Part shown: piece after piece, positions 1 to 9,497 of the stretch
Layout: each line of letters begins with the position of its first letter
Position numbering within the stretch: position 1 is the stretch's first letter
IMG/VR virus record: IMGVR_UViG_3300027917_000021
Span: 32,001 to 96,000 of that record
Length of the DNA stretch: 64,000 bases
Source of the DNA: a virus
Strand: one strand, 5' to 3'
Notes under the pieces: model-generated
Told to the model about the DNA's origin: nothing
Database searches by the model: none
What the model saw: only the letters and a program-made list of their open reading frames with translations
Position numbers and translations under genes: made by a program

Positions 1-161
1 ATACCAAAGCGAGTTTCCAATCGACGTACGTCGATTTCATCATACAAACGCTCTACAAAATCTTCATCTTCCGGCATGATCCAGCGAATTGGGAGCTCAC
101 AACGACGACTGGTGTCATCTGGGAAGTGAAATTCGAAAACAAATAAGGCTTTTGATGCCAT
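1..161 (-). CDS. hypothetical protein (3' truncated by window edge)
   Basis: ATG at 161 with AAGGAGG RBS; reads MASKALFVFEFHFPDD...RRLETRFG with no stop before the edge. Confidence 0.65.
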   Translation of the reverse strand, partial: MASKALFVFEFHFPDDTSRRCELPIRWIMPEDEDFVERLYDEIDVRRLETRFG

Positions 162-698
162 CACCGTTAACCTCCTTTTGTTGTTTGTATATTGCATAAA
201 TACTGCATAAATATGCAATATTCTGTATATTTATGCATACCCAATTCTATAACAACTCAATATTAGTTTGTGAATTATATCCCAAGGCTTATTATTATGT
301 GGTTATAGAATAGCTTTTTTCATTATATTGACTCTTTTTTATAAAGCCTTATTTTTATTGTAATTAGGCCTGTATTTGCGTAAAACGTTGTTTTTATTTG
401 ACGTACGTCAAAAAAGTGTTAAAAAAGAGTGATTTTCCCGAGACAGGAACTAAGAAACATATAATTATAAAGTATTATATTTAAATTATATATATATCTA
501 TATCTATACTAAATTGTATTGTATATTTTTTTGTATAAAGGGTAAATCAGAGATTCACCCTTGGTTAAAGTCATTTAACCTTTGGTATGACTGATATCAG
601 CCATATATTCTCATCTAGTCGATGTATGTCAAATATGACGTATATCGTATCTATCTGCGGCCAATTGTATTTAGTTATTATCATAGGAACAGTCGTTA

Positions 699-866
699 TT
701 AATACGTGCGTTTTTTGCCCCATAAATCCCTGATTATTATAGTAGCATTCATGTTTGATGTATTATAGTCTATATTATATGCCCGGGTTGCAAATGCTAA
801 GCCTTTGACAAGTCCAAGGTCATATAACTTTATCAAATAAGGTTGTGTAAAAAATCTTACTTTCAT
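699..866 (-). CDS. small protein, RFFxxPY N-terminal family (55 aa)
   Basis: Below ORF-track cutoff; translated by hand as MKVRFFTQPYLIKLYDLG...KKRTY*; same N-terminus as neighbours. Confidence 0.55.
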   Translation of the reverse strand: MKVRFFTQPYLIKLYDLGLVKGLAFATRAYNIDYNTSNMNATIIIRDLWGKKRTY

Positions 867-893
867 AGATATAAATACAACAAATAGGGTTGA

Positions 894-1079
894 TTAAAGA
901 ATCTTATTTTCAATATAAACTCCATAGATGTATTTATTATTAGTATTATCTGCGATAACACTAATGCCAATTTGCTTACGCCACTTATCTTCCCAGTATG
1001 TAAGACATCCCAGAGGACGGCCAACACGACCATAACACAACAAAATAGGGTTATTGAAAAAAACAATTTTCTGTTTCAT
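894..1079 (-). CDS. small protein, FFNxP N-terminal family
   Basis: TAAGGAG RBS before ATG at 1079; MKQKIVFFNNPILL. Confidence 0.6.
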   Translation of the reverse strand: MKQKIVFFNNPILLCYGRVGRPLGCLTYWEDKWRKQIGISVIADNTNNKYIYGVYIENKIL

Positions 1080-1107
1080 TGTACTCCTTAAAACAACAAA
1101 AATAAGG

Positions 1108-1338
1108 TTAAGGTTCAGCATCAACACGTACATTACGAGGCCATTGTGCTATTGATGTACCATTTACACGTGATGCCATTATTATTTTTTCATGTACATT
1201 ACGGATTACTTTGAATTGTTGGCGCTTTTGTAAATTTGTATAAATTTGCTTTTTTAAGTCTGCAAGTGGAAAGACATATAGTTTGTTAATAAATTTAAAT
1301 TTTCTTTGGTATTTTTTATTTAAAGTCATGTTTCCCAA
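1108..1338 (-). CDS. hypothetical small protein
   Basis: ORF in tightly packed minus-strand run, overlapping neighbour. Confidence 0.55.
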   Translation of the reverse strand: MGNMTLNKKYQRKFKFINKLYVFPLADLKKQIYTNLQKRQQFKVIRNVHEKIIMASRVNGTSIAQWPRNVRVDAEP

Positions 1339-1532
1339 GCATAAAGGACATTAGCTAAATACGCAGGACTAGTCCTCCAAATTTTCATTTTTCTCGACTC
1401 ACACACATGTACCTGTGTAAACACTTGTCCAATTGGACCCCAGGTCATACGTGCTACCGGATCTTCTTGTGTGGGTATGTTGGTATATTTCTCTAAAAGC
1501 AAATATGGCACGTTAAAGAATCTTATTCGCAT
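1326..1532 (-). CDS. small protein, RFFNxPY family
   Basis: MRIRFFNVPYLL; AAGGA RBS. Confidence 0.65.
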   Translation of the reverse strand: MRIRFFNVPYLLLEKYTNIPTQEDPVARMTWGPIGQVFTQVHVCESRKMKIWRTSPAYLANVLYAWET

Positions 1533-1562
1533 AATGTGTCCTTATCATATCTGATCCTTTTC

Positions 1563-1778
1563 TCAGCTAAACATCGCATAAACTAGAAAAAGTCGAGTGT
1601 ATACTAAAATAGGATTCTTTATACTTCCATAATCGTGTTTTGCACAAGAACGCCCAATAGGAGCAAAAGTTATATAAACAATAGAATCTTTTCTTATATC
1701 AATAAAATTTTTTGTAAAGAGATTATTTTTTCCAATCTCATCAACTAAAAGTGGAACGTTAAAAAAGCGTATCTTCAT
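1563..1778 (-). CDS. small protein, RFFNxP family
   Basis: MKIRFFNVPLL; AGGA RBS. Confidence 0.65.
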   Translation of the reverse strand: MKIRFFNVPLLVDEIGKNNLFTKNFIDIRKDSIVYITFAPIGRSCAKHDYGSIKNPILVYTRLFLVYAMFS

Positions 1779-1971
1779 AATGTGGTCCTATGATATCAAA
1801 TATTAATATTTCTTCGAATACATATTGTCCCGCAAGGGTACCGGGAATTAAAGATAACAGGGATCGTTGAACTCCGATAGTGCGATTATTGATATTGAGA
1901 AGATAATATTTTGGATCATCATAAATTTTGTTTATTATGTGAGGATTTGTAAACAAGTTTACTGATCTCAT
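1759..1971 (-). CDS. small protein, FTNP variant of the family
   Basis: GGAG RBS before ATG at 1971; MRSVNLFTNPHII. Confidence 0.55.
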   Translation of the reverse strand: MRSVNLFTNPHIINKIYDDPKYYLLNINNRTIGVQRSLLSLIPGTLAGQYVFEEILIFDIIGPHYEDTLF

Positions 1972-2155
1972 AATTCTCCAGAGTATATAATTTATCTGTA
2001 TAAGGCGCATCGCTCAGATCTATCGGCTCAACAGATACCAAATTATTACCTAATAGATTTCTTTTGCTGAGCTCCGTTATAGTTTTTATTAGGGCAAATC
2101 TCCATGCCTCACTGCGAGCCATGATAAATCTGCCATGAATTATTTTAGTTTTCAT
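1919..2155 (-). CDS. hypothetical protein
   Basis: ORF with ATGA start/stop overlap with upstream gene. Confidence 0.55.
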   Translation of the reverse strand: MKTKIIHGRFIMARSEAWRFALIKTITELSKRNLLGNNLVSVEPIDLSDAPYTDKLYTLENYEISKLVYKSSHNKQNL

Positions 2156-2394
2156 ATAATTACCTTATATTTGTATTTTTGTCCAACCTTATCATATGAT
2201 ACAATACGTTGTACAGTAGTAGTAAATGCACCATTTCTGTATTTAATCTTGGCAGGTTTTTGTAATTCTTTTGACATGTATCTCCAAATGCTATCATATT
2301 CCATGAGTATTGTATGTGTTACTATTTTAAATTTCATCTTTGTATTTAATATTGCCTTTTTTATCTTTGTATTTAATATTACCTTTTTTATCAT
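2152..2394 (-). CDS. hypothetical protein (start may be 2337)
   Basis: Part of packed operon; N-terminus lies in a 27-bp tandem duplication. Confidence 0.5.
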   Translation of the reverse strand: MIKKVILNTKIKKAILNTKMKFKIVTHTILMEYDSIWRYMSKELQKPAKIKYRNGAFTTTVQRIVSYDKVGQKYKYKVII

Positions 2395-2599
2395 ATATCA
2401 TGCGTATTTTACCGGTATTTGTTTCAACTGCTACATATTCAGTAGCTAAAACAGCAAAAATGTCAAAAGCAGTTTCGTCTTCTTTATATGCATGATGTGG
2501 TTGGTATTGTAATTGTCCCACAATCATATTAATAACATCATCATCATGTACTTCTTTTGATTCAAAAAAGAAAATATATGGATCTATATTAACTTTCAT
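2327..2599 (-). CDS. hypothetical protein
   Basis: ORF track; ATGA overlap with 2596-2805. Confidence 0.6.
   Translation of the reverse strand: MKVNIDPYIFFFESKEVHDDDVINMIVGQLQYQPHHAYKEDETAFDIFAVLATEYVAVETNTGKIRMIYDKKGNIKYKDKKGNIKYKDEI
2336..2392. repeat. 27-bp tandem duplication
   Basis: ATCTTTGTATTTAATATT(G/A)CCTTTTTT x2; encodes DKKGNIKYK twice in ORF 2327-2599. Confidence 0.8.
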
Positions 2600-2805
2600 T
2601 CTAGTACCTGGTACATTTGACGTACGTCAGAATTGTGAGTAGCCATCATATGAGGCTTTAATTTTGTAGTTAATACTATATCCAGATATCTTTGAATCCC
2701 ATCATTTTCACCTATAGTATAACAACTAATATAATCATAACCACTGCCAGCAAATATTTCTGCACGATATAACATAAAAAAGCCTCTTACGAATTTAACT
2801 TCCAT
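2596..2805 (-). CDS. hypothetical protein
   Basis: ORF track; packed operon. Confidence 0.55.
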   Translation of the reverse strand: MEVKFVRGFFMLYRAEIFAGSGYDYISCYTIGENDGIQRYLDIVLTTKLKPHMMATHNSDVRQMYQVLE

Positions 2806-3134
2806 AATTGTTCTCTGATATGGTTGATATAGTTTTCTGTTTTACGTATACTGCCACGTGCTGCAGGACGTACGATAGGAATAAAAGAAATGCCCTCATT
2901 GCTAAGGGCATTCTGCACTTTGTTGCCCATGACTACTATTGGCATAGTAGAGCTACGGATTGTTTCGCGCTGTGCCTCATCCTCAAACCAATTGGCAAAT
3001 TTACAATGATCAGGATTTATTCCAACTGCACGCAGAGCACGAAACAGAGTTTTCGCACAAAGAATACCATCTTTCCACGTCCCTTCCATTTCAATGGCTC
3101 TGTTGCTTCTTTTTTCTCCAACAAATAATATCAT
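2787..3134 (-). CDS. hypothetical phage protein
   Basis: 115 aa, GGAG RBS, ATGA overlap. Confidence 0.65.
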   Translation of the reverse strand: MILFVGEKRSNRAIEMEGTWKDGILCAKTLFRALRAVGINPDHCKFANWFEDEAQRETIRSSTMPIVVMGNKVQNALSNEGISFIPIVRPAARGSIRKTENYINHIREQLWKLNS

Positions 3135-3427
3135 GTGATTCTTTGCTCCTCTATCGCTGAAAAATCTTCATTGAATACATAATGCACAGTCAAATGGTCA
3201 GTACATACACATGCATATTGCTCTGCCCGGGAAATCAGATATTGTTCATTATCCGAATAAGAAAGAATAATATCTTCGTTACCATCTTCTTCCAAAAATT
3301 TTTGAATCCGAGTGAGATGACGCATACTTGTACCCTCAGCGCCGGCCGGATCTTCACCACGATTTTCTGCAGCTTGCTTTTTCAATTGGTTTAATATTTC
3401 ATCAAACTTATCGTTTTCCATATTCAT
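3131..3427 (-). CDS. hypothetical acidic protein
   Basis: 98 aa ORF in operon. Confidence 0.65.
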   Translation of the reverse strand: MNMENDKFDEILNQLKKQAAENRGEDPAGAEGTSMRHLTRIQKFLEEDGNEDIILSYSDNEQYLISRAEQYACVCTDHLTVHYVFNEDFSAIEEQRIT

Positions 3428-3704
3428 CCTTTCCGAAAGAATCCTTCATATCTTTTATAAGCTGTTCCATATCTTTTTCTGAGTCGATTGAATATTTACT
3501 TTTTTTATAAATTTGTTTTTTGTGATAGAGGAATTCTGATTGGCAATGATTGCAAATGAGTTTGCCACCGGTCTTTTTTATTTTTTGTAAAGAATTTATT
3601 AAAATTAAATGGGCTATAAACCCACCAAAAATTCCTTTTGTATGAATGATCAATTCACGATGACAATTAGGGCAAATGATCCCTGATTCAGTAGTTAATT
3701 TCAT
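3408..3704 (-). CDS. zinc-ribbon protein
   Basis: CPNC and CNHC pairs; AAGGAG RBS before ATG at 3704; downstream of GGNATAAGA motif. Confidence 0.65.
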   Translation of the reverse strand: MKLTTESGIICPNCHRELIIHTKGIFGGFIAHLILINSLQKIKKTGGKLICNHCQSEFLYHKKQIYKKSKYSIDSEKDMEQLIKDMKDSFGKDEYGKR

Positions 3705-3723
3705 AGTAAACTCCTTTATAATC

Positions 3724-3737
3724 ATTTATCTTATACC
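3724..3737 (-). promoter_or_regulatory. phage promoter motif GGNATAAGAnnnnT
   Basis: GGTATAAGATAAAT upstream of 3704. Confidence 0.7.
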
Positions 3738-3757
3738 ATAAAGAAAAAGGCCCATTT

Positions 3758-4126
3758 TCATGGACCTTCGAGTACTGCTGCGCGGTTGTACAGTTTTTGG
3801 ACAAGTTGTCGGCAGATATTTTCATAGGCATCCCTAAAGGGTATAACATTGTCCCATGATGCATTGAGAACCGTGAATAATTTCATGTATTTCCACCAGA
3901 TTGTCCACAAACCGCTAAATATATTGGATTGTGGATCTGTCCCAAATACATTGTCAGCTACCGAGTATGCTTCTCCAAATTGATGGCGTGAATATTGTGT
4001 GAAATCCTTTATTTGACGGTCAGGAATAAACTCGATATAATCATCTGTATGCAGATAAAATTCTATGAGTTCTTTTTTACCTTTTTCTATCAAATAATTG
4101 ATTGCCGTTATATCTTTCATAGACAT
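3758..4126 (-). CDS. hypothetical protein
   Basis: 122 aa ORF. Confidence 0.65.
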   Translation of the reverse strand: MSMKDITAINYLIEKGKKELIEFYLHTDDYIEFIPDRQIKDFTQYSRHQFGEAYSVADNVFGTDPQSNIFSGLWTIWWKYMKLFTVLNASWDNVIPFRDAYENICRQLVQKLYNRAAVLEGP

Positions 4127-4398
4127 CGCTCGGTTTCCTTTCTTAGTTGTTGAATGGTTTTACCTGTTCTTAAACTTGTTCTGACATACCATTTTTCATG
4201 TTCCTGATCTAATTTGTATTGAATATGATTTATCCAACGATTTGCAAGGAGAAATACTTTAGAAGGATCTTTGTATTTGTCAGAGAGTTTTCCAATTACA
4301 ACTAAATGGAGATAACGATACTTTAGATATATACAGATACCCCACACCCAAAAATAGAAATTCATTATGGATTTTATTAAAATTTTAAGTAATTGCAT
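4117..4398 (-). CDS. hypothetical protein, hydrophobic N-terminus
   Basis: AGGAGG RBS and GGNATAAGA motif upstream. Confidence 0.65.
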   Translation of the reverse strand: MQLLKILIKSIMNFYFWVWGICIYLKYRYLHLVVIGKLSDKYKDPSKVFLLANRWINHIQYKLDQEHEKWYVRTSLRTGKTIQQLRKETERCL

Positions 4399-4419
4399 AT
4401 TACCTCCTAAGTAATGTAT

Positions 4420-4433
4420 ATTGTTCTTATGCC
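4420..4433 (-). promoter_or_regulatory. phage promoter motif GGNATAAGAnnnnT
   Basis: GGCATAAGAACAAT upstream of 4398. Confidence 0.7.
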
Positions 4434-4651
4434 AAATTAATGACTTTTATTGGACGCTTTGAATATTTTAAATCTGTACGTTTCAATCTTCGTGTCATAA
4501 AGACGAGTTGTGGTGGTTTTGTTTCGTCACCTTTAAAGTCCTTAACAATACGATACCGTTTACTCATTTTAATATCATTGATGGAATAAACGCTGTGCCG
4601 TGGTGCATGATCAAGAAATTGCATTCTTATTATATTAACTTTCATTTGCAT
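4427..4651 (-). CDS. small basic protein
   Basis: AGGAG RBS and GGNATAAGA motif upstream. Confidence 0.6.
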   Translation of the reverse strand: MQMKVNIIRMQFLDHAPRHSVYSINDIKMSKRYRIVKDFKGDETKPPQLVFMTRRLKRTDLKYSKRPIKVINLA

Positions 4652-4674
4652 AAAATCTCCTATTTTGATATTAT

Positions 4675-4688
4675 ATTTGTCTTATCCC
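4675..4688 (-). promoter_or_regulatory. phage promoter motif GGNATAAGAnnnnT
   Basis: GGGATAAGACAAAT upstream of 4651. Confidence 0.7.
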
Positions 4689-4705
4689 AAATAATTTTGT
4701 ATATT
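4677..4705 (+). promoter_or_regulatory. sigma70-type promoter, leaderless GT2
   Basis: TTGTCT-N17-TATATT, ATG 6 nt downstream. Confidence 0.65.
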
Positions 4706-4711
4706 TGTGCT

Positions 4712-5386
4712 ATGAAAGCTACAGTAATTATAACCAGCTACAATAGACCACATTTATTACCACAGGCAGTTGATTCAGCACTAAATCAGAAATATGACAA
4801 TATACAAATAATCATAGCAGACGACGGATCCAATGAAGAGACTCGTAAGGTATGTGAGGATTATAATGCCAAGTATGACAATATAACATATTATCAATCA
4901 GATCGTAAAGATGAGGACAGATTAAAGAGTACAGAGTTTGCGGAAAATATAAATGCTTGTATACCATTGATAGAAGGAGAAATAGTATTTTATCTTACTG
5001 ATGATGATTATTATTATCCTAATCATGTATCAGAGATTATGTCTGCATTTAAAGAACATCCGGATTGGATGATGGCGTATGGTCCACAGAAACAGAATAA
5101 ATATGATGATGACACAGGCGAAGAATGGACTGCGTTCATACGTGCACCTGGTTATAAAGTTTCACAAGCATCATGTCAATTAGATCATAATCAAGTAGCA
5201 CATAGAAAATCAGTATTCGATATAGTTGGTGGTTGGCCAACCGAACCTGAGCATCGAGGAGCAGGAGATGCAGCGATGTGGGTAAAAATAAATGCTCACT
5301 GGCCAGCATATAGAGCAACTGATCAGATTACTAATGTGCACAGGCATCACAGGGATTCAATTCAAGGACCTGTAGTATGGCCGTAG
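4712..5386 (+). CDS. glycosyltransferase family 2
   Basis: MKATVIITSYNR...IIIADDGS...YLTDDD GT-A motifs; true start 4712 (leaderless), not 4508. Confidence 0.9.
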   Translation: MKATVIITSYNRPHLLPQAVDSALNQKYDNIQIIIADDGSNEETRKVCEDYNAKYDNITYYQSDRKDEDRLKSTEFAENINACIPLIEGEIVFYLTDDDYYYPNHVSEIMSAFKEHPDWMMAYGPQKQNKYDDDTGEEWTAFIRAPGYKVSQASCQLDHNQVAHRKSVFDIVGGWPTEPEHRGAGDAAMWVKINAHWPAYRATDQITNVHRHHRDSIQGPVVWP

Positions 5387-5387
5387 G

Positions 5388-5416
5388 TTGTATTAGTTTT
5401 AATAATTTATTATATT
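5388..5416 (+). promoter_or_regulatory. sigma70-type promoter, leaderless gmd
   Basis: TTGTAT-N17-TATATT, ATG 6 nt downstream. Confidence 0.65.
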
Positions 5417-5422
5417 TTATTT

Positions 5423-6421
5423 ATGAATGAACAGGTAAGAAAACAAAAGAAAGCACTGATAACAGGAATTAATGGCATGGATGGATCTCACATGGCAGAC
5501 CTATTGTTATCTAAAGGCTATAAAGTTTATGGTTTGGAGCGCCATAGAACAGGCGTTGATAGAGCTAATATAGCTCATATATTTGACCAAATAGAAATAG
5601 TAAAAGGAGATTTGTCTGATATAGGATCCATACACCGTGTGATGCATGTAGCTCAACCAGATGAAGTATATAATTTTGCAGCACAATCATTTGTTGGTGA
5701 TAGCTGGTCATTACCAGAGCATACAGGAAATATTACCGGACTTGGGGTATTGCGTGTATTGGAGGCTATGCGTAGTTATCCGGATACTAAAATGGTACAA
5801 GCATCTACTTCTGAAATGTTTGGTAAATTGAATGTAGATATAGCGAATGAGTCCTCTAGATTTTTTCCACAGAATCCTTATGGAGTAGCTAAATTATTTG
5901 CACACCATATAGTTGAAAATTATCGTGATTCATATGGTATGTTTGCCTGTGCATCTATTTCATTTAACCATGAATCAGAACGCAGAGGAATGCAGTTTGT
6001 TACTCGTAAAATTACACATCATGTGGCAAAGATACATCTTGGATGGTCCAAAGAAATAAGGCTTGGTAATTTGGAGCCTAGACGAGACTGGGGCTATGCA
6101 CCTGACTATGTTGAAGGCATATGGAAGATGCTGCAGCAAGATAAGCCTGATGATTATGTATTGGCAACTGGAATATCACATTCGGTAGAAGATTTTGTTC
6201 GCGAGGCTTTTGCAGTTGTAGGAATAAAAGATTGGCAGAAGTATATAGTGAAAGATCCACGCTTTATTCGTCCTGTGGAGGTAGATTATTTACGTGGTGA
6301 TTATTCTAAAGCAAAGGAGATTTTAGAATGGGAACCAAAAGTACATTTCAAAGAAATAATTAGAAGAATGGTTTTAAATGATATTAGACTATTAACCGGT
6401 GATAGAAATTATGAGTTATAA
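5423..6421 (+). CDS. gmd: GDP-mannose 4,6-dehydratase
   Basis: ALITGINGMDGS, YNFAAQSFV, ASTSEMFG, PYGVAK, FNHESERRG, FVTRKIT, LGNL..RRDWG. Confidence 0.95.
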   Translation: MNEQVRKQKKALITGINGMDGSHMADLLLSKGYKVYGLERHRTGVDRANIAHIFDQIEIVKGDLSDIGSIHRVMHVAQPDEVYNFAAQSFVGDSWSLPEHTGNITGLGVLRVLEAMRSYPDTKMVQASTSEMFGKLNVDIANESSRFFPQNPYGVAKLFAHHIVENYRDSYGMFACASISFNHESERRGMQFVTRKITHHVAKIHLGWSKEIRLGNLEPRRDWGYAPDYVEGIWKMLQQDKPDDYVLATGISHSVEDFVREAFAVVGIKDWQKYIVKDPRFIRPVEVDYLRGDYSKAKEILEWEPKVHFKEIIRRMVLNDIRLLTGDRNYEL

Positions 6422-7667
6422 TGAACATTACAAAGAAAGATTGACTTGCAGATTATGTGGGTTAGAATTAGAAACAGTTTTAGATTTAGGTGACATATAT
6501 CTAAATAATTTCGTTGATGATGGACAGCAAATATTGTCTGCACCTCTTACACTTGTCAAATGTAGGAAGTGTGAATTAGTACAATTAAAACATACAGCAA
6601 ACTTAGATTTATTATATAGACAATATTGGTATAAATCAGCACTTAATAAATCTATGATTGCAGCATTGCAAGATGTGGTTGATAATGTAGAAGCACGTGT
6701 AACATTAGAAGCAGGCGATGTTGTAATAGATATAGGATGTAACGATGGTACAATGCTGGGTCAATATAAAGAACCAGGATTATATAAAATAGGATTTGAT
6801 CCTGCACTTAACTTGGCAGATGAAGCTAAAAAATATTGTACGGTGTTTCATAATACATATTTTGGAGACACATCAATTGAAACTCCAAAAGCTAAAGCTA
6901 TAACTTCCATAGCCATGTTTTATGATTTGGAAGACCCACACACATTTGTAGAATTGGTTAAAAGGTCACTACATGAAGATGGTATATGGGTTGTGCAATT
7001 TACAGATTTACTTTCCATGTTTAGAATAAATGCATTTGATAATATATGCCATGAACATCTAGAATATTATTCATTTAAAGTACTTCGTAATTTATTTGAA
7101 CAACATGATTTAGAAGTATTTGATGTAGAAACTAATGATGTAAATGGAGGTAGTATAAGAATGTATATATGCTGGAAAGACAAACGTCGCATTGATGTAT
7201 CGGTAGAAAAATTATCTAAAGAAGAACAAGAATATATGGATAGCTTTGATGATCCATTTAAAGCATTTGCCGAAAGAGTAGAAAAGATAAGAGAGAAACT
7301 AATGAAGTTTCTACACGAAGAGAAAGAAAAAGGTCGCACATTTTTTGGAATGGGTGCATCTACAAAAGGCAATACACTGCTGCAATATTTTGGAATTTCA
7401 ACTGGATTGATAAGTTACATTGCAGAAGTTAATAAAGACAAATTTGGTAAAAAAACAGTGGCCACTAATATTCCGATAATTAGTGAAACTTCAGCATTAT
7501 CATTAAAACCTGATTACTTTATAGTGTTACCATGGCATTTCATTGATATACTAATTAAAATTCATGAACAATATTTACGAAATGGTGGTAAATTGATGGT
7601 GCCAATGCCACAACCAACTATATATGAATATAATGAGAATAGAATAATTGAACGTCCTATTTTTTAA
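6411..7667 (+). CDS. NDP-sugar C3-methyltransferase (zinc-binding + SAM + C-methyltransferase C-terminal domains)
   Basis: CRLC/CRKC Zn motif, DIGCNDG SAM motif, HEHLEYY, GASTKGNTLL, LPWHF. Confidence 0.9.
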   Translation: MSYNEHYKERLTCRLCGLELETVLDLGDIYLNNFVDDGQQILSAPLTLVKCRKCELVQLKHTANLDLLYRQYWYKSALNKSMIAALQDVVDNVEARVTLEAGDVVIDIGCNDGTMLGQYKEPGLYKIGFDPALNLADEAKKYCTVFHNTYFGDTSIETPKAKAITSIAMFYDLEDPHTFVELVKRSLHEDGIWVVQFTDLLSMFRINAFDNICHEHLEYYSFKVLRNLFEQHDLEVFDVETNDVNGGSIRMYICWKDKRRIDVSVEKLSKEEQEYMDSFDDPFKAFAERVEKIREKLMKFLHEEKEKGRTFFGMGASTKGNTLLQYFGISTGLISYIAEVNKDKFGKKTVATNIPIISETSALSLKPDYFIVLPWHFIDILIKIHEQYLRNGGKLMVPMPQPTIYEYNENRIIERPIF

Positions 7668-8547
7668 TACACAAAAGGCAAATTGTAGCATTTATGAAAG
7701 TGGACGTATGGTATATGATGCCCTGAAATACGGGCATCAGTCGTACCATATAGATTATATGGAACATCCAGATCCGGTATATGAATATTTTGATAAATAT
7801 GATGTTATAATTGTTAATTATCATCATCAAACTACACCATATATAAATCCTCGTGTTTTTGGTGATATCAAAGTTCCTGTATATACTATAGTGACGGAAT
7901 GTTTACCAAATGATCCCTTACCATTAACTCCTAAGTGGTTTGATGGTTATTTGATATTGGATCCAACAGTAAAAGACCATGATAATATTTATGGAATGCC
8001 AAGACCATTGGAACCGTATGTGCCAAAAAAACGGTCTAGTAGAGAAATACCTGTAATTGGATCATTTGGATTTGCTACTGCTGGCAAAAGATTTGATTTG
8101 GTAGTTGAAGAAGTAAATAAAAATTTCGAACAGGCAAAAATAAGATTTAACTTTCCAACTGCTACATATGTACCAGGAAATGCAGAAATAAGTTTAGCCA
8201 ATAGTTTAAAAAATAAAGCTAAATCAGGGATTGATTTAGAAATTACACATGAGTACTTTTCTAAGCGTGAATTAATTGAATGGTGTGATGATAATGATCT
8301 TAATGTATTCTTTTATTATCGTAACATGACAGGATTAGCAGCTGTTACAGACCAAGCGATAAGTGCGCGGAGACCTATATTAGTAACAGATGATTATACA
8401 TTTCGACATATACATGCGTATATGAAACCTTATCCTGAGATATCAATTAAAGAAGCATTACATATGATAGAGCCAGTTAAACAAATGTACAACGATTGGC
8501 ATCCTATGAATTTTGCAGAAAAATTTGAATCCATTATTAAAAAATGA
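7648..8547 (+). CDS. putative glycosyltransferase (GT-B-like)
   Basis: IGSFGF motif, paralog of 8544-9497, context in glycan operon. Confidence 0.55.
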   Translation: MNVLFFNTQKANCSIYESGRMVYDALKYGHQSYHIDYMEHPDPVYEYFDKYDVIIVNYHHQTTPYINPRVFGDIKVPVYTIVTECLPNDPLPLTPKWFDGYLILDPTVKDHDNIYGMPRPLEPYVPKKRSSREIPVIGSFGFATAGKRFDLVVEEVNKNFEQAKIRFNFPTATYVPGNAEISLANSLKNKAKSGIDLEITHEYFSKRELIEWCDDNDLNVFFYYRNMTGLAAVTDQAISARRPILVTDDYTFRHIHAYMKPYPEISIKEALHMIEPVKQMYNDWHPMNFAEKFESIIKK

Positions 8548-9497
8548 ATAAAGTATTATTTGTAAACAGTAAAATTACAGCATGTGGTGTACATCAATAT
8601 GGTTATAATATTGCAAATACTATTTCAAAGCATTCCAAAAAGTTTGAATATATTTATGTGGAATGTGTTAATGAGCAGGAATTTGTACGTAAATTTAACG
8701 CTGATCAATACTTGGCTGTTATTTATAATTATCATCCTTCTACTATTGGATGGGCGAAGCAAAGACTAGAAACTCATGTATTTCCGCATGTTCCCCATAT
8801 AGCAATAGTGCATGAACCAGAACAACATGGTGCACCTTTTACTTATAAGGTGAGCCAGGATCCTAGTTTTGAGGAAAAACCTCCATACTTCAAACAGTAT
8901 AGCAGGAACATATTTACATATGAGAATACACACCCATCACCTGAAATACCAACTATTGGATCATTTGGTTTTGCGTGGACCGATAAAGGATATGAAAAAT
9001 TAGTTGAACAGGTTAAAAAAGAATTTGATGTAGCCAAAATAAGACTTCATCTTCCTAAATCTCATTTTGGAGATCCACACGGTGCTCTTGCTAATCAGAT
9101 GGTACAGAGATGTAGTATGTTATTACATGATACAAACATTGAATTAGAAATATCCAGAGAATGGATGGAGCTGTATGATTTAATAGATTGGTTGGCACAA
9201 AATACTATAAATGCTTTCTTTTATGATTATAAACAGGGCAGAGGCATTTCAGGACCACCTGACTTTGCTATGGCCGCACGTAGGCCAATGATACTAACTA
9301 AATCATACATGTTTAAACATTTGTGGAAAGCACGACCTTCTATATTCATAGAAGATGTATCTATAAAACAAGTAATTGAAACAGGAATGCAATCATTACA
9401 GCCGTTTTATGACAAATGGTCAGAAGAAAATTTGACCAAAGATTATGACAGAATAGTTAAGGCAGCCATAATAGATAGAGAAAGAAATGATAGATAA
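8544..9497 (+). CDS. putative glycosyltransferase (GT-B/GT4-like)
   Basis: CGVHQYG N-terminus, IVHE, IGSFGF..KGYE, GISG...AMAARRP. Confidence 0.6.
   Translation: MNKVLFVNSKITACGVHQYGYNIANTISKHSKKFEYIYVECVNEQEFVRKFNADQYLAVIYNYHPSTIGWAKQRLETHVFPHVPHIAIVHEPEQHGAPFTYKVSQDPSFEEKPPYFKQYSRNIFTYENTHPSPEIPTIGSFGFAWTDKGYEKLVEQVKKEFDVAKIRLHLPKSHFGDPHGALANQMVQRCSMLLHDTNIELEISREWMELYDLIDWLAQNTINAFFYDYKQGRGISGPPDFAMAARRPMILTKSYMFKHLWKARPSIFIEDVSIKQVIETGMQSLQPFYDKWSEENLTKDYDRIVKAAIIDRERNDR

Noticed and set aside
4508-4711. N-terminal extension of GT2 in the ORF track
   Set aside because: Overlaps minus gene 4427-4651 and two promoters; GT2 fold starts at ATG 4712
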